Shown piece by piece: positions 49,865 through 59,726 of a stretch of DNA of 64,000 bases (its first letter is position 1; each line of letters begins with the position of its first letter). The position numbers and the translations under genes are program-made. This stretch comes from Dehalococcoidia bacterium. Lineage in GTDB: Bacteria > Chloroflexota > Dehalococcoidia > Lucifugimonadales > VXLM01. The stretch is from contig OY759598.1 in the NCBI GenBank assembly GCA_963662435.1, positions 838,507-902,506 on the forward strand. The letters run 5' to 3'. The notes beneath the pieces are model-generated. The model had not been told where the DNA came from. It saw only the letters and a list, made by a program, of their open reading frames with translations, and ran no database searches.

Positions 49865-50692
49865 ATGAACGGACTAGAACTTAAGCAGAAGACAAGAGAA
49901 GGCGGGGTCGTCTACGGGACGATGCTGAGCCTGGCGAGGAACCCAAGGTGGGCGGACGCGGTGGCCGAGTGGGGGTTGGATTATGTGGTAATCGACTCGG
50001 AGCACGCCTCGCGAGGTCGAGCTGACATCGCAGACCTCCTGGCGGGGCTGAAGGGTGTCGGTGTGGTGCCCATCGTGAGGGTACCCATACCCAGTTCGCA
50101 CTACGTTACGATGGCGATCGACGCGGGCGCGGAGGGAGTTCTGGCGCCGTACTGCGAGACTGTGGAGGAGGTCCGTGAGGTGGTCGGGGCGACGAAGTGG
50201 CTGCCGATGAAGGGTGAGTACGTGGATCGCGCGATGGAAACAGGTGAGTTCCCCAGCGATGATACCAAGGCCTATCTCGAGGCCCGCAACAAGCACAACG
50301 TGTGCATCATCGGCATCGAGAGCGAACCGGCTGTGAAGAACCTCCCCGACATTCTGGAGATAGAAGGCATCGACGCAATCTTCGTCGGGCCGAACGACTT
50401 CAGCACATCGTATGGGATACCGGACGAGACGGATCATCCCGACTATGAGTCGGCACTGCGCACCGTTATCGCCACTTGCGGGGAGCATAACGTGCCGGTG
50501 CTGGTGCACCATCAGACTGTCGACCTGACGAAGAAGTGGTTGCGGGAAGGCGCGCGATTCGTGCTGTACAGCTCAGACAGGCGGCTCGTTCACAACGCGA
50601 TCAGGGCGGAGTTCGGAGAGGTCCGAGCTGTTGGCGCCGAGATTACGGGTGAAGAGTCAGCCGACATCGGTGAATCTGAAGAGATCGTCTAG
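49865..50692 (+). CDS. HpcH/HpaI aldolase family
   Basis: IDSEH, IES, FVGPND. Confidence 0.88.
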   Translation: MNGLELKQKTREGGVVYGTMLSLARNPRWADAVAEWGLDYVVIDSEHASRGRADIADLLAGLKGVGVVPIVRVPIPSSHYVTMAIDAGAEGVLAPYCETVEEVREVVGATKWLPMKGEYVDRAMETGEFPSDDTKAYLEARNKHNVCIIGIESEPAVKNLPDILEIEGIDAIFVGPNDFSTSYGIPDETDHPDYESALRTVIATCGEHNVPVLVHHQTVDLTKKWLREGARFVLYSSDRRLVHNAIRAEFGEVRAVGAEITGEESADIGESEEIV

Positions 50693-50701
50693 GAGGCGGA
50701 C

Positions 50702-51604
50702 ATGTCCTGGCATTTCGAGCACGTGGACGGTCCGTACGGTAACGTAACCGAGGGCCCCGCGTGGGACGGCGAGGCGCTGCTGTTTACGAGTATCCAGCAG
50801 TCTCGCATCATGCGATACGATCCGGCGAAGGGCAAGTCTACGGTCTACCGTGATGACACGAACTACGCGAACGGGCTGATGCTCGATCCGGGTGGCGTGC
50901 TTTTCGCATGCGAGGGGGGAGCGCGACGAGTCGTACGATACGAGGATGACGGCACAGCTACCTCACTTACGGACGGGTTCGAAGGCAAGCGGCTGAATAT
51001 ACCGAACGACCTCGCCATCGATCTGGAGGGCAGGGTGTGGTTCACCGACCCGTACTACGAGGGGTCGGGCGGAGACTGGACCGAGGACGTGGCGAACAAG
51101 GACCTCGACCACGACTCGGTATACAGACTCGATCCGAAGGCGGACGGTTCATGGTCGATCAACCGGGTAACGTTCGATACTACACGTCCGAACGGGCTGC
51201 TGTTCTCGCTTGATCACAGCGTCCTGTATGTGGCGCAGAGCGGACGGCTTGAGGAAGAACTAAGGCAGTTGCGAGCATATCCTGTCAACGAGGACGGCTC
51301 ACTGGGGGAGATGGAGGTGCTCCACGACTTCGGAGCACACAGGGGAATCGACGGGATGTGTCTCGATACGGAGGGAAACCTCGTCGCCACGGCCGGATGG
51401 GCGCAGGGCGGCCCCGGGCCTTCGATTTACGTATTCTCGCCGTCGGGCGAGGTGCTGGAGCGGCATGAAGTCCCGGTCGACCGGCCAACGAACTGCACAT
51501 TCGCCGAGGAAGGTCTTTCGACGCTGTATGTGACCACGTTCGAGGGATACCTATTCCGTGTTGAGACGGAGCGGCAGGGGCGACTGCTCTACCCGGCGAG
51601 GTAG
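50702..51604 (+). CDS. SMP-30/gluconolactonase family
   Basis: TEGPAW, PNDL, FTDP, PNGL, DGMCLD, PTNCTF. Confidence 0.9.
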   Translation: MSWHFEHVDGPYGNVTEGPAWDGEALLFTSIQQSRIMRYDPAKGKSTVYRDDTNYANGLMLDPGGVLFACEGGARRVVRYEDDGTATSLTDGFEGKRLNIPNDLAIDLEGRVWFTDPYYEGSGGDWTEDVANKDLDHDSVYRLDPKADGSWSINRVTFDTTRPNGLLFSLDHSVLYVAQSGRLEEELRQLRAYPVNEDGSLGEMEVLHDFGAHRGIDGMCLDTEGNLVATAGWAQGGPGPSIYVFSPSGEVLERHEVPVDRPTNCTFAEEGLSTLYVTTFEGYLFRVETERQGRLLYPAR

Positions 51605-51745
51605 AGGTTCTCGGTGTAGACCTTCCGCGTCTTTGTATCGGGTCCGCAGCGTAGAGGGGGAACCACAAGGGTCACCCTTACTGTGGGTTTGCAGGCACTT
51701 ATTCTGACGCCAATAACGGAATGGGGAATTTGGAGAGGAGTTTGG

Positions 51746-52804
51746 ATGGACACCATCAGAATCGGGATTGTAGGGGCGGGTGCGAACACCAAGGATAAGC
51801 ATATACCGGGCTTCCAGGCGCTGGACGGCGTGGAGATTGTCTCGGTGGCGAACAGGAGCAGGGAATCTGGCCAGCGCGTTGCGGACGAATTTGGGATTCC
51901 CAATGTCTATGACGATCCGTTCGACCTGATCGCAGCGGATGATAGCGACGCGATCTGCATTGGGACGTGGCCGTATATGCACAAGCCGCTGGTACTCGCC
52001 GCGCTGGAGGCCGACAAGCATGTGCTTACCGAGGCACGGCTGGCTTTGAATGCGCAGCAGGCCCACGAGATGCTCTACGCCTCCAGGCTTCGGCCGAACC
52101 TGATTACGCAAGTGGTGCCCGGTCCAATCACGTATGGTGTTGACCAGACCATCATTGACACGATCAACGAAGGCAGTCTCGGCGAGCTTCTCTCGGTGGA
52201 CATTGGGATATCGGCCTTCGACCCCTCGCAGGGGATGCAGGGTCCGTTCCTGAATCGCGACCTGCCGTTCTTGTGGCGGCATGACCGTGACCTCAATGGG
52301 ATGAACGTGATGCTGATGGGGGTGTGGTACGAGGCGATCATGCGATGGATGGGTCCCGCTTCGAGTGTTACGTCGTTGACGCGGACGAACGTGAAGTCCC
52401 GCAGGGACTCTTCTTCGGGTATGCTGCGCACGGTAGCCCCGCCTGATCTCGTTGAGATTCTCGCGGAGATGTACGCCGGGCCGTTGCTGCACCTTCGGGT
52501 GAGCGAGGTGACGGGACTTGGACCGAACCAGATGTGGATGTTCGGGAGCGATGCGACTTTGCACGTCGACTTTGGGCGACTCTCCGTCGAGATCGCAAGG
52601 AGTGGAGAGACTGCGTTCACGGAAGTGCCGATTCCGGAGGAGAAACGGCACTACTGGCGTGTAGAGGAAGAGTTCGTGAACGCGATTCGGGGCATCGAGA
52701 AAGTGACGCGCCAGACTTTCGAGGACGGCGTTCGATATATGGAGTTCACCGAGGCGGTGCTGCGCAGCTCGCAGACGGGCAAGAAGGTGCATCTGCCGCT
52801 GTAG
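51746..52804 (+). CDS. Gfo/Idh/MocA oxidoreductase
   Basis: IGIVGAG, KHVLTEAR. Confidence 0.88.
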   Translation: MDTIRIGIVGAGANTKDKHIPGFQALDGVEIVSVANRSRESGQRVADEFGIPNVYDDPFDLIAADDSDAICIGTWPYMHKPLVLAALEADKHVLTEARLALNAQQAHEMLYASRLRPNLITQVVPGPITYGVDQTIIDTINEGSLGELLSVDIGISAFDPSQGMQGPFLNRDLPFLWRHDRDLNGMNVMLMGVWYEAIMRWMGPASSVTSLTRTNVKSRRDSSSGMLRTVAPPDLVEILAEMYAGPLLHLRVSEVTGLGPNQMWMFGSDATLHVDFGRLSVEIARSGETAFTEVPIPEEKRHYWRVEEEFVNAIRGIEKVTRQTFEDGVRYMEFTEAVLRSSQTGKKVHLPL

Positions 52805-52827
52805 GGCGTCGACTCTGCTGTCTCCGA

Positions 52828-53133
52828 TCAGACTGGTTGGTAGCGTTCGACTCTGATCTTGTGCGATCGGGCGCGCATCTGTGAGGCGTCGTACCAGGCT
52901 TGCATCCTCAGCAGCATGTCCATGCTCACGCCAAATGCCTTCTCGATGCGTAACGCCATCTCCGGCGAAAGCGCGGAATTGCTGTTCAGGAGAACCGAAA
53001 GAGTCGCACGTCGGACGCCAAGAATCTCGGCTGCCTTCGTAACGGTCAGGCCAAACTCTTCAATAATCTCCGTGCGAACGAAGTCTCCGGGGTGTGAGGG
53101 TGCCATGTTCACTGTAATTCCACCGGAAGTCAT
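52828..53133 (-). CDS. higA: HigA antitoxin
   Basis: HPGD, LSPEMALRI, HTH. Confidence 0.9.
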   Translation of the reverse strand: MTSGGITVNMAPSHPGDFVRTEIIEEFGLTVTKAAEILGVRRATLSVLLNSNSALSPEMALRIEKAFGVSMDMLLRMQAWYDASQMRARSHKIRVERYQPV

Positions 53134-53423
53134 TAGTGGTAATCCTCCAAGTTCAACCTATCTACGTACCCGTCTTCCTCTTCAAAAGTGATCCTCCAAT
53201 TGCCTGATACCGAAACGCTCCACTCTCGGTGCCGATTCCCTGCGAGTCTGTGGACGCGCCAACCGGGAGGGGCATTGGTGCTGAAGCTGTCCATGTCCTT
53301 AGCCAGGATCAGAACCGTCAAAATCTTGCGGGCTCGATCAGCCAATTCCGGTTTCAGGAATCGCGGGTTGTTGTTTTCAATTAGCCTACGCAACCCCCTG
53401 TGCCGGACGGAGCGAACGATCAT
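53133..53423 (-). CDS. higB: HigB (RelE-like) toxin
   Basis: RHRGLRRL, HRLAG, WSVSVSGNWRITF, EDYH. Confidence 0.9.
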   Translation of the reverse strand: MIVRSVRHRGLRRLIENNNPRFLKPELADRARKILTVLILAKDMDSFSTNAPPGWRVHRLAGNRHREWSVSVSGNWRITFEEEDGYVDRLNLEDYH

Positions 53424-53432
53424 GCCTGCAAT

Positions 53433-53449
53433 CGTACGGTATCACAGTA
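53433..53449. promoter_or_regulatory. Putative HigA operator
   Basis: Imperfect palindrome gtacggtatcacagtac just upstream of higB. Confidence 0.4.
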
Positions 53450-53567
53450 CATAGCACAAGCTCTCTTCCCACCTTCGATGCAGAAGACTACTGTCCGCTT
53501 AATGCCGTAGTATGTGACGAGCATCTCTTAAACGGGGATTCTCCGTATCAGACATGTCGGAAGTCCT

Positions 53568-54521
53568 ATGACATACGAGCGCAGCGAATACCCCAGTTGG
53601 TCGTGGTCGCAAAGCCGGCGGGCGACGTTTCAGGAGTGTCCTCGCAAGTACTACTACCAGTATTACGGATCGCATAACGGCTGGGAGGAGACGGCCTCGG
53701 AGAGCGCTCAGCTTGCGTACCGGCTGAAGAACCTCACGAGTCTGCCGCTGGAGATTGGCGCTGCGGTGCACGAGGCGGCGTCGACGGCAATACACCGGGC
53801 TCGTTCCGGGGCGTCGACTCCGACAGCGGACGAAATGTATGACGCGGCAAGGGACCGCTTGAACAAGGCGTGGGCGGAGTCACAGGACAGGTTGGAGTGG
53901 GAGCGGTCGCCAAAGTGGCGGAGGATGTTCCACGAGTTCTACTACGACACGGGGATCGGCGAGAACAGGATCGCGGAGTCGAGGGACATCCTGCGGACGT
54001 GCTTCGACAACTTGCTGGTCTCAAAGAGTTTTCGTGAAGCGGTCGCGGCCCCGTTTGTCGAGGTGAAGAACGTCGAGGAGTTCGCTACCTTCTACATCGA
54101 TGAGACGCCGATTCACGCCGTTCCTGACCTGGTCTACCGAAAGGGTGACGACACCTGGACAGTCGTCGATTGGAAGTCGGGCAAGAGGGAGGAGGACGAT
54201 AGGGAGCAGGCGTTGGTGTATGCCCTGTTCCTGCGGGAGATGCACGGCGTTCGAGGGCCAGACATTGGTGTGCGAATCGAGCGGCTGGCCCATGGGACTG
54301 CGGAGGACTATGCCTACACCCAGAAAGACCTCGACGACGGCGTAGACGAAATTCGCGACAGCATTGCCGCAATGAGGACGTATCTTGACGATGTCGAGTT
54401 GAATGCGCCGAATGAGAATGAGAGCTTTCCGCTGAGGTCGGACATGTCGACGTGCAGGTTCTGCAATTTCTACGGGATGGACAGGGAGGAAATTGCGTCG
54501 GTGCAGGAAGGGCCGTTTTGA
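53568..54521 (+). CDS. PD-(D/E)XK nuclease (Cas4/AddB-like, solo)
   Basis: CPRKY, GAAVH, PDL, DWKSG, QALVY, CRFC. Confidence 0.85.
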   Translation: MTYERSEYPSWSWSQSRRATFQECPRKYYYQYYGSHNGWEETASESAQLAYRLKNLTSLPLEIGAAVHEAASTAIHRARSGASTPTADEMYDAARDRLNKAWAESQDRLEWERSPKWRRMFHEFYYDTGIGENRIAESRDILRTCFDNLLVSKSFREAVAAPFVEVKNVEEFATFYIDETPIHAVPDLVYRKGDDTWTVVDWKSGKREEDDREQALVYALFLREMHGVRGPDIGVRIERLAHGTAEDYAYTQKDLDDGVDEIRDSIAAMRTYLDDVELNAPNENESFPLRSDMSTCRFCNFYGMDREEIASVQEGPF

Positions 54522-54956
54522 GTTGGGGTGGTGCAAGACTGTGAGAGGGTGCCCAAATAGTCAATCGAAACCGCTTATGGTGAGCTGTTCGGCTGGCTCA
54601 GGACAGGCTTGTCGAACCATGAATTACGCTTTTACGCTTCGACAGGCTCAGGGTAAACGGAGTTCTTTTGGATACGCTCTGAGACTGTCACCGGATTCTC
54701 GTCGACAAAACTCTCTGGATTCCGGCCTACGCCGGAATGACGGGTGTGTCGTGATGACAGGGAGGTTACTCAATGCTCGGTCTTCACCCTCACCCCAGCC
54801 CTCTCCCGCGAACGGGAGAAGGGGGTGGACACGGAATGCCGGAATCTCATTGCTGTATGAATATATGCTTTGAAAACGGCGGGTTTCTGAAAAGGTGAAT
54901 GGGGCGTAGAATAGAGTCGGCGACTTGGAATTGAGATATGAATGGAGGAGTGAATC

Positions 54957-55904
54957 ATGAACCTGGAAGAAATCAGGAGCCTGATCATTGGGCCGATGGC
55001 GACGGTGGGGACACCGTTTGACGATGAGTTTGAGGTTGACTACGGTAAATTCTACAACCTGACGCAGTGGTGGGTGGACCAGGGGTTGGTGAAGGGCAGG
55101 GCGGTCATCAAGGTCGCGGCGGCGATGGGTGAAGGCCCGCAGCTTCGGGACGAGGAGTGGCCTGCATTGCTTCGCACGGCGGTCCAGGCCGCGGACGGCA
55201 AGGCCGCTATCCTGTGCGGTCTGCACTACAAGGACACGATTCGCCAGATCGAGGATGCCAAGAAGGCGCAGGACATGGGAGCGATCGGTCTGCAAATATC
55301 ACCGCCGGTACACAATGGGCCGACTCGCGGGGACGTCCTGCGGTTCTATGAAGATGTGTCAAACGCCATCGACATTGGGATCATGGTCTACAACACGATG
55401 GGGATGCTCGGCGATCTGATCACCCCCGACGACTACCGCACCATGGCCGGCTTCGACAACGTGGTCGCCATCAAATGGGCGGCGCCGGGATACCCGTACG
55501 AAGCGATCTTCGACCTCAAGGACAAGGTCAACATCATCGACAACACGAAGGACCCGACGCGTAACCACCGGATGGGAGGTCGCGGATTCATCAACTGGAC
55601 GTCGGAGATCTACCCGGCACATGACCTGGCAGTTTGGGACCTCATGGAGGAGGGCAAGTACGAAGACGCCCGTACACTCTGGTTCAGTGTGTACGACGAT
55701 CTGAGCGAGTTCTATGCCAAGACGGGCGCCGATTCGGGAGGTCAGGCGCGTGTCAAGAAGGGGATGATGAAGGTCATGGGGATGGACATCGGGGACTCGC
55801 GTCCTCCTTCGATGCCGTTGTCGGAAGCCGAATTGGACGAGCTTCGGGAGATGCTGATTGGGTTCGGCTTCCCGGTGCCGGAACGAGAAGCTGTTTTGGT
55901 GTAG
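54957..55904 (+). CDS. DHDPS/NanA-family class I aldolase, paralog 1
   Basis: TPF, MGEG, MVYN, AIKW. Confidence 0.85.
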   Translation: MNLEEIRSLIIGPMATVGTPFDDEFEVDYGKFYNLTQWWVDQGLVKGRAVIKVAAAMGEGPQLRDEEWPALLRTAVQAADGKAAILCGLHYKDTIRQIEDAKKAQDMGAIGLQISPPVHNGPTRGDVLRFYEDVSNAIDIGIMVYNTMGMLGDLITPDDYRTMAGFDNVVAIKWAAPGYPYEAIFDLKDKVNIIDNTKDPTRNHRMGGRGFINWTSEIYPAHDLAVWDLMEEGKYEDARTLWFSVYDDLSEFYAKTGADSGGQARVKKGMMKVMGMDIGDSRPPSMPLSEAELDELREMLIGFGFPVPEREAVLV

Positions 55905-55927
55905 GGGGATGAGTTACTACTCTGGCA

Positions 55928-55965
55928 ACCCCCTCTCTGTATCTCTCCCCCGCGGGAGAGATACA
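55928..55965. repeat. REP-like family D (CCCCTCTCTGTATCTCTCCCC-n-GGGAGAGA)
   Basis: Also at about 2234, 2563, 38667 and 47480. Confidence 0.85.
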
Positions 55966-56030
55966 GCAGGTGATTACGCGGGGGCGGCTGCGTGATATAA
56001 TTTCGCAAGTTTAAGGACAAGGGAGTACGT

Positions 56031-56963
56031 ATGGATCGAGCAGAACTTCGTGAGTTGATTCAAGGGCCCATTGCCACGGTGCCAACGCCGTTTGACGACG
56101 ACTTCGAGGTCGACTTCGGACGGATGTATGAGCTGACGCAGCAGTGGGTTGACGAGGGCCTCGTGAAAGGCAAGGCAGTCATCAAGGTGGCTGCTGCCAT
56201 GGGTGAGGGCCCAATGCTGAAGGATGAGGAGTGGCCGCTGCTTCTCCGGACGGTCGTGCAGGCCGCCAATGACCGGGCGTCCATCGTGTGCGGGCTCCAC
56301 TACAAGGACACCAAGCGCACGATAGAGGACGCGAAGATCGCCCAGGACATGGGTGCCATCGGACTGCAGATCTGTCCACCGATCTTCAACCTACCGAGTC
56401 AGGACGACCTGATCGACTACTACAGCGACATTTCGGACAACATCGACATCGGGATCATGGTCTACTGCACGCAGTGGATGCCGGGCGGTCTCGTGGAGGT
56501 CGATACGATCATGCGGATGGTGGACATCCCGCAGGTGGCGTCGATCAAGTGGAGTCCACCGCCGGACGGCAAGCAGGAGGACATAGCGAAATTCACCCAC
56601 ATCTTCAGCGTGATTGAAAATGGCGGTTCTCCCGCCGAGAGTCACAAGCTGGGCGGTCGAGGGTACATCAACCTCACGGCTGAGACGTACCCGCCGCACG
56701 ACCTAGAGATATGGGACCACCTGGAATCGGGGCGTTACGACGAGGCGCAGACGCTCTGGGACAAGGTGAACAATCCCCTGCGCGACTACTCGGCTAAGGT
56801 CGACGCGCGTTCCGGGGGACAGGGCAGGGTCAAGAAGGGACTTTCGTACCTGATGGGCAAGCCGGCTGGAGCGTCCCGACCGCCATCCAAGCCTCTGAAC
56901 CAAGAGGAACTTGACGAACTGCGAGAGATATTGGTTGGCTTCGGCTGGCCTGTCGTCAACTAA
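56031..56963 (+). CDS. DHDPS/NanA-family class I aldolase, paralog 2
   Basis: Close paralog of the 54957 gene; SIKW. Confidence 0.85.
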   Translation: MDRAELRELIQGPIATVPTPFDDDFEVDFGRMYELTQQWVDEGLVKGKAVIKVAAAMGEGPMLKDEEWPLLLRTVVQAANDRASIVCGLHYKDTKRTIEDAKIAQDMGAIGLQICPPIFNLPSQDDLIDYYSDISDNIDIGIMVYCTQWMPGGLVEVDTIMRMVDIPQVASIKWSPPPDGKQEDIAKFTHIFSVIENGGSPAESHKLGGRGYINLTAETYPPHDLEIWDHLESGRYDEAQTLWDKVNNPLRDYSAKVDARSGGQGRVKKGLSYLMGKPAGASRPPSKPLNQEELDELREILVGFGWPVVN

Positions 56964-57043
56964 CGTGATCTAAACGTGCCCGTTAGGACAATGGCGCCGG
57001 CGGGCAGGACTGCGATAAGAAGCAAACGCACTAGGAGGATCGA

Positions 57044-58009
57044 ATGATAACGGTTGATGAGGCAAAGCAGAAAATGGACGGCGTCGTCATCCCCTTGGCG
57101 ACGATCTTCAAAGAGGACAAGTCGCTCGATGTCGACGGGACGCAGGAGAACGTGCAGTGGATCGTCGATCAGGGAGCGGCTCCGGGCAACACCGTGTTCA
57201 TCGCGGTGGGTTCCGGCGGAGACTTCACGGTCATGACTACGGATGAGCGCAAGGCGGCCATCAAGGCCATCGCCGACGTGGCGGTGCCGAATGGCATTCC
57301 GACGTTCGCGAGCGTTCAGAGCACTGATATTCGAGCGACGATCGAGCTTTGCCAGTGGTGCGAAGAGGTCGGCATCGACATCGTGCAGATGAGCAGCGCG
57401 TACTACTATGACGTGCACAAGGGCGACCTCATCGAGTGGGTCCATGAGGTAGCCAAGCACACCGAGGTGGGATTCGCTGCCTACAGCCACTGGTACTCCG
57501 GCTCCAAGTACGACATGACGATGGACGTGGCCGAAGAGATCATGAAGGTCCGAAACACGGTCGCGGTGAAGTGGGGTTCTCCGGACATAGCCAACTACCT
57601 GGCTGGGATCAAGTACTTCGTTCCACGAGCAGCCGTCGTGAACAACGGGCCGCTGAGCATCTACGGGCACATGCTCGGGGTGAAGGCGTGGGTGAGCCAC
57701 GTACCGAACTTCTATCCCGCGCATTCAATAGCTGTACACGAACTCATGACCGCAGGAAGGTACGACGAGGCGCAGCGCGTGTTCGACGAGTTCAACGCAC
57801 CGTACTCTCGGATCAGGGCCGCTATCGGTTCACAGACTGCGGGCGAGGGCGTGTTCGTCAAGCCGTTCATGCGGCACATGGGCCGACCGTACGGGCCGTC
57901 CAGACTGCCGTCCCGCGACTCGGTCGTAACGCCTGAGGTCGAGGGAATGATCGCCGACCTGATGAGCAAGGCGGACTCGATAGTCGAGAGCGCGAAGGCA
58001 TTGGCGTAG
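57044..58009 (+). CDS. DHDPS/NanA-family class I aldolase, paralog 3
   Basis: GSGGDF, ERK, AVKW. Confidence 0.82.
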   Translation: MITVDEAKQKMDGVVIPLATIFKEDKSLDVDGTQENVQWIVDQGAAPGNTVFIAVGSGGDFTVMTTDERKAAIKAIADVAVPNGIPTFASVQSTDIRATIELCQWCEEVGIDIVQMSSAYYYDVHKGDLIEWVHEVAKHTEVGFAAYSHWYSGSKYDMTMDVAEEIMKVRNTVAVKWGSPDIANYLAGIKYFVPRAAVVNNGPLSIYGHMLGVKAWVSHVPNFYPAHSIAVHELMTAGRYDEAQRVFDEFNAPYSRIRAAIGSQTAGEGVFVKPFMRHMGRPYGPSRLPSRDSVVTPEVEGMIADLMSKADSIVESAKALA

Positions 58010-58056
58010 CGACACGGCTTAGGATCCGGCAATAGCCGGTCAATCAGGAACATGGG

Positions 58057-58082
58057 AAGGGGCGGGCGCGAGTCCGCCCCTT
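58057..58082 (+). terminator. Strong hairpin between aldolase 3 and RidA
   Basis: aaggggcgggc-GCGA-gtccgcccctt; the U tail is short. Confidence 0.45.
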
Positions 58083-58103
58083 GAACTTTAGGGGAGAATC
58101 GTC

Positions 58104-58520
58104 ATGGGAAAGGGACGGCTTACGGCCAATCCTCCGAATGTGCCGGGTCCGGTGGGCATGTACTCCCACATCGCCAGGGTTGACGCCAGTGAACTGCTGT
58201 TTCTGGCAGGCCAGGTGGCGGTTGACGAGAATGGCGAAGTGCTTGCTAAGGGTGACGCAGGAGCTCAGACGCGAATCGCGTATGAACGCGTCGGGGCCAT
58301 CCTTGCCGATGCGGGGGCGACGTACCAGGATATCGTCCAGGTCCGCACCTATCTGGTGGGGACGGAAAACCGGCAGTCGTATATGGACGAGCGAGAGAAG
58401 CTGTTCGGAGAGATCTACGCCGACAGGGTCTTTCCCCCGAACACGCTGGTGTTCGTCGACGCGCTCTTTGAGCCGGACATGCTCGTGGAGATAGAGGTCA
58501 TCGCCGCGATAGCGCAGTGA
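58104..58520 (+). CDS. RidA/YjgF family protein
   Basis: YSH, LAGQV, FPPNTLV, VEIE. Confidence 0.88.
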   Translation: MGKGRLTANPPNVPGPVGMYSHIARVDASELLFLAGQVAVDENGEVLAKGDAGAQTRIAYERVGAILADAGATYQDIVQVRTYLVGTENRQSYMDEREKLFGEIYADRVFPPNTLVFVDALFEPDMLVEIEVIAAIAQ

Positions 58521-58598
58521 TCTGAGGCATGATGGGTGGCAGATTCACCCTTCGACAGGCTCAGGGTGAACGGTTGGGTGCCTACTGCCGACAGTACG

Positions 58599-59591
58599 CT
58601 AAGCCGTGACGGCCTCTTCCTGCGGGAGTGCCGCTGCGTGCCAAGGACAAGCGGCAGGGTGCTCCATGATGTACTTGTAAGCGGCTGAGGCAGCAATGGC
58701 TCCCTGGGCGGCGGCCGTAATGGTCTGCTTGAGGTCGCCGGACGCGTCGGTGAGGTCGCCTGCCGCGAATATACCCGGCACATTCGTGCGCATGCCCTTG
58801 TCCACGATCACCTCGTCTTCATCGTTGAGGTGAATGCCGAGCTCTTTCGGAATATCGGCACGTGGGTCGGCGCCGATCTCGATGAAGATGCCGTCGACCG
58901 TCACCTCGCTGGAGCCGTTTAGGGGCCTGTCGATGCGTATACCTTCCAGGTCGTCCGTTCCCTGCAATTCCACGACATTCGTTTCCAGCAGTTGGGTGAT
59001 GTTGGGCGTGCGATTCAGCTCTTCGACGATGATGCGCTCGGGCCGGAAAAACTCTGAGCCCCGATAAATGAGGTAGACCTGTGTTGCGTACTTGGCGAGG
59101 AGTACGGCGCCCTCGACAGCGGCGTTGCCTCCGCCGACCACGGCGACGACGTTGTCCCTGTGCAGGGGAGCGTCGCAGACGGAGCAGAATGAGACGCCAC
59201 GTCCAGTCCATTCCTCCTCGTTGGGAAGGCCAAGCTTGCGGCGTTCTCGGCCTATTGCCAGGATTACCGTCTGTGCCTGGTAGGTACCGCTGTACTCGGT
59301 CTCGACCTCGTAGCAGCCCTCTACGCCAACAACCTTCGTAACCTTATCGTCGACTATCGGCACATCGTATTTCACGACCTGGTCTCTGAAGTGCATCATG
59401 AGGTCGAAGCCGTCAATGTCTACGTATCCGGGGTAATTTTCGATGGAGCCGCCGATGGCGGTCTCGCCTCCAAAGGTCTCGCCGATGACGACCGGCTTGG
59501 TCTGGTAGCGCGCTGCGTATAGTGCCGCGGCGAACCCCGCTGCTCCCTGTCCCGCGATCACGATGTCGTACTGGCCTTGTACTGTGGTCAA
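58599..59591 (-). CDS. trxB: Thioredoxin reductase-like flavoprotein
   Basis: GQGAAG, GVSFCSVCD, GGGNAA, FAAGD. Confidence 0.85.
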   Translation of the reverse strand: MTTVQGQYDIVIAGQGAAGFAAALYAARYQTKPVVIGETFGGETAIGGSIENYPGYVDIDGFDLMMHFRDQVVKYDVPIVDDKVTKVVGVEGCYEVETEYSGTYQAQTVILAIGRERRKLGLPNEEEWTGRGVSFCSVCDAPLHRDNVVAVVGGGNAAVEGAVLLAKYATQVYLIYRGSEFFRPERIIVEELNRTPNITQLLETNVVELQGTDDLEGIRIDRPLNGSSEVTVDGIFIEIGADPRADIPKELGIHLNDEDEVIVDKGMRTNVPGIFAAGDLTDASGDLKQTITAAAQGAIAASAAYKYIMEHPAACPWHAAALPQEEAVTA

Positions 59592-59726
59592 TGCAGTTCC
59601 TCCGGTGAGGGTGGTTCTAAGGTTCTATGTTACCGGAAGAGCGGGGGCGGGCGCATCAGGTAGAGGCTAGGGAAGTTTCAAACGCGTAGGCGTGGAGAGG
59701 AGCTTTGGTCGTCATGTCGGTGGAGA

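Noticed and set aside
53568..54521. CRISPR-associated Cas4
   Set aside because: There is no array, cas1 or cas2 in the window; treated as a solo PD-(D/E)XK nuclease.
54957..58009. dapA (lysine biosynthesis)
   Set aside because: The GTTGE and KE/D motifs are altered and there are three tandem copies in a catabolic context.
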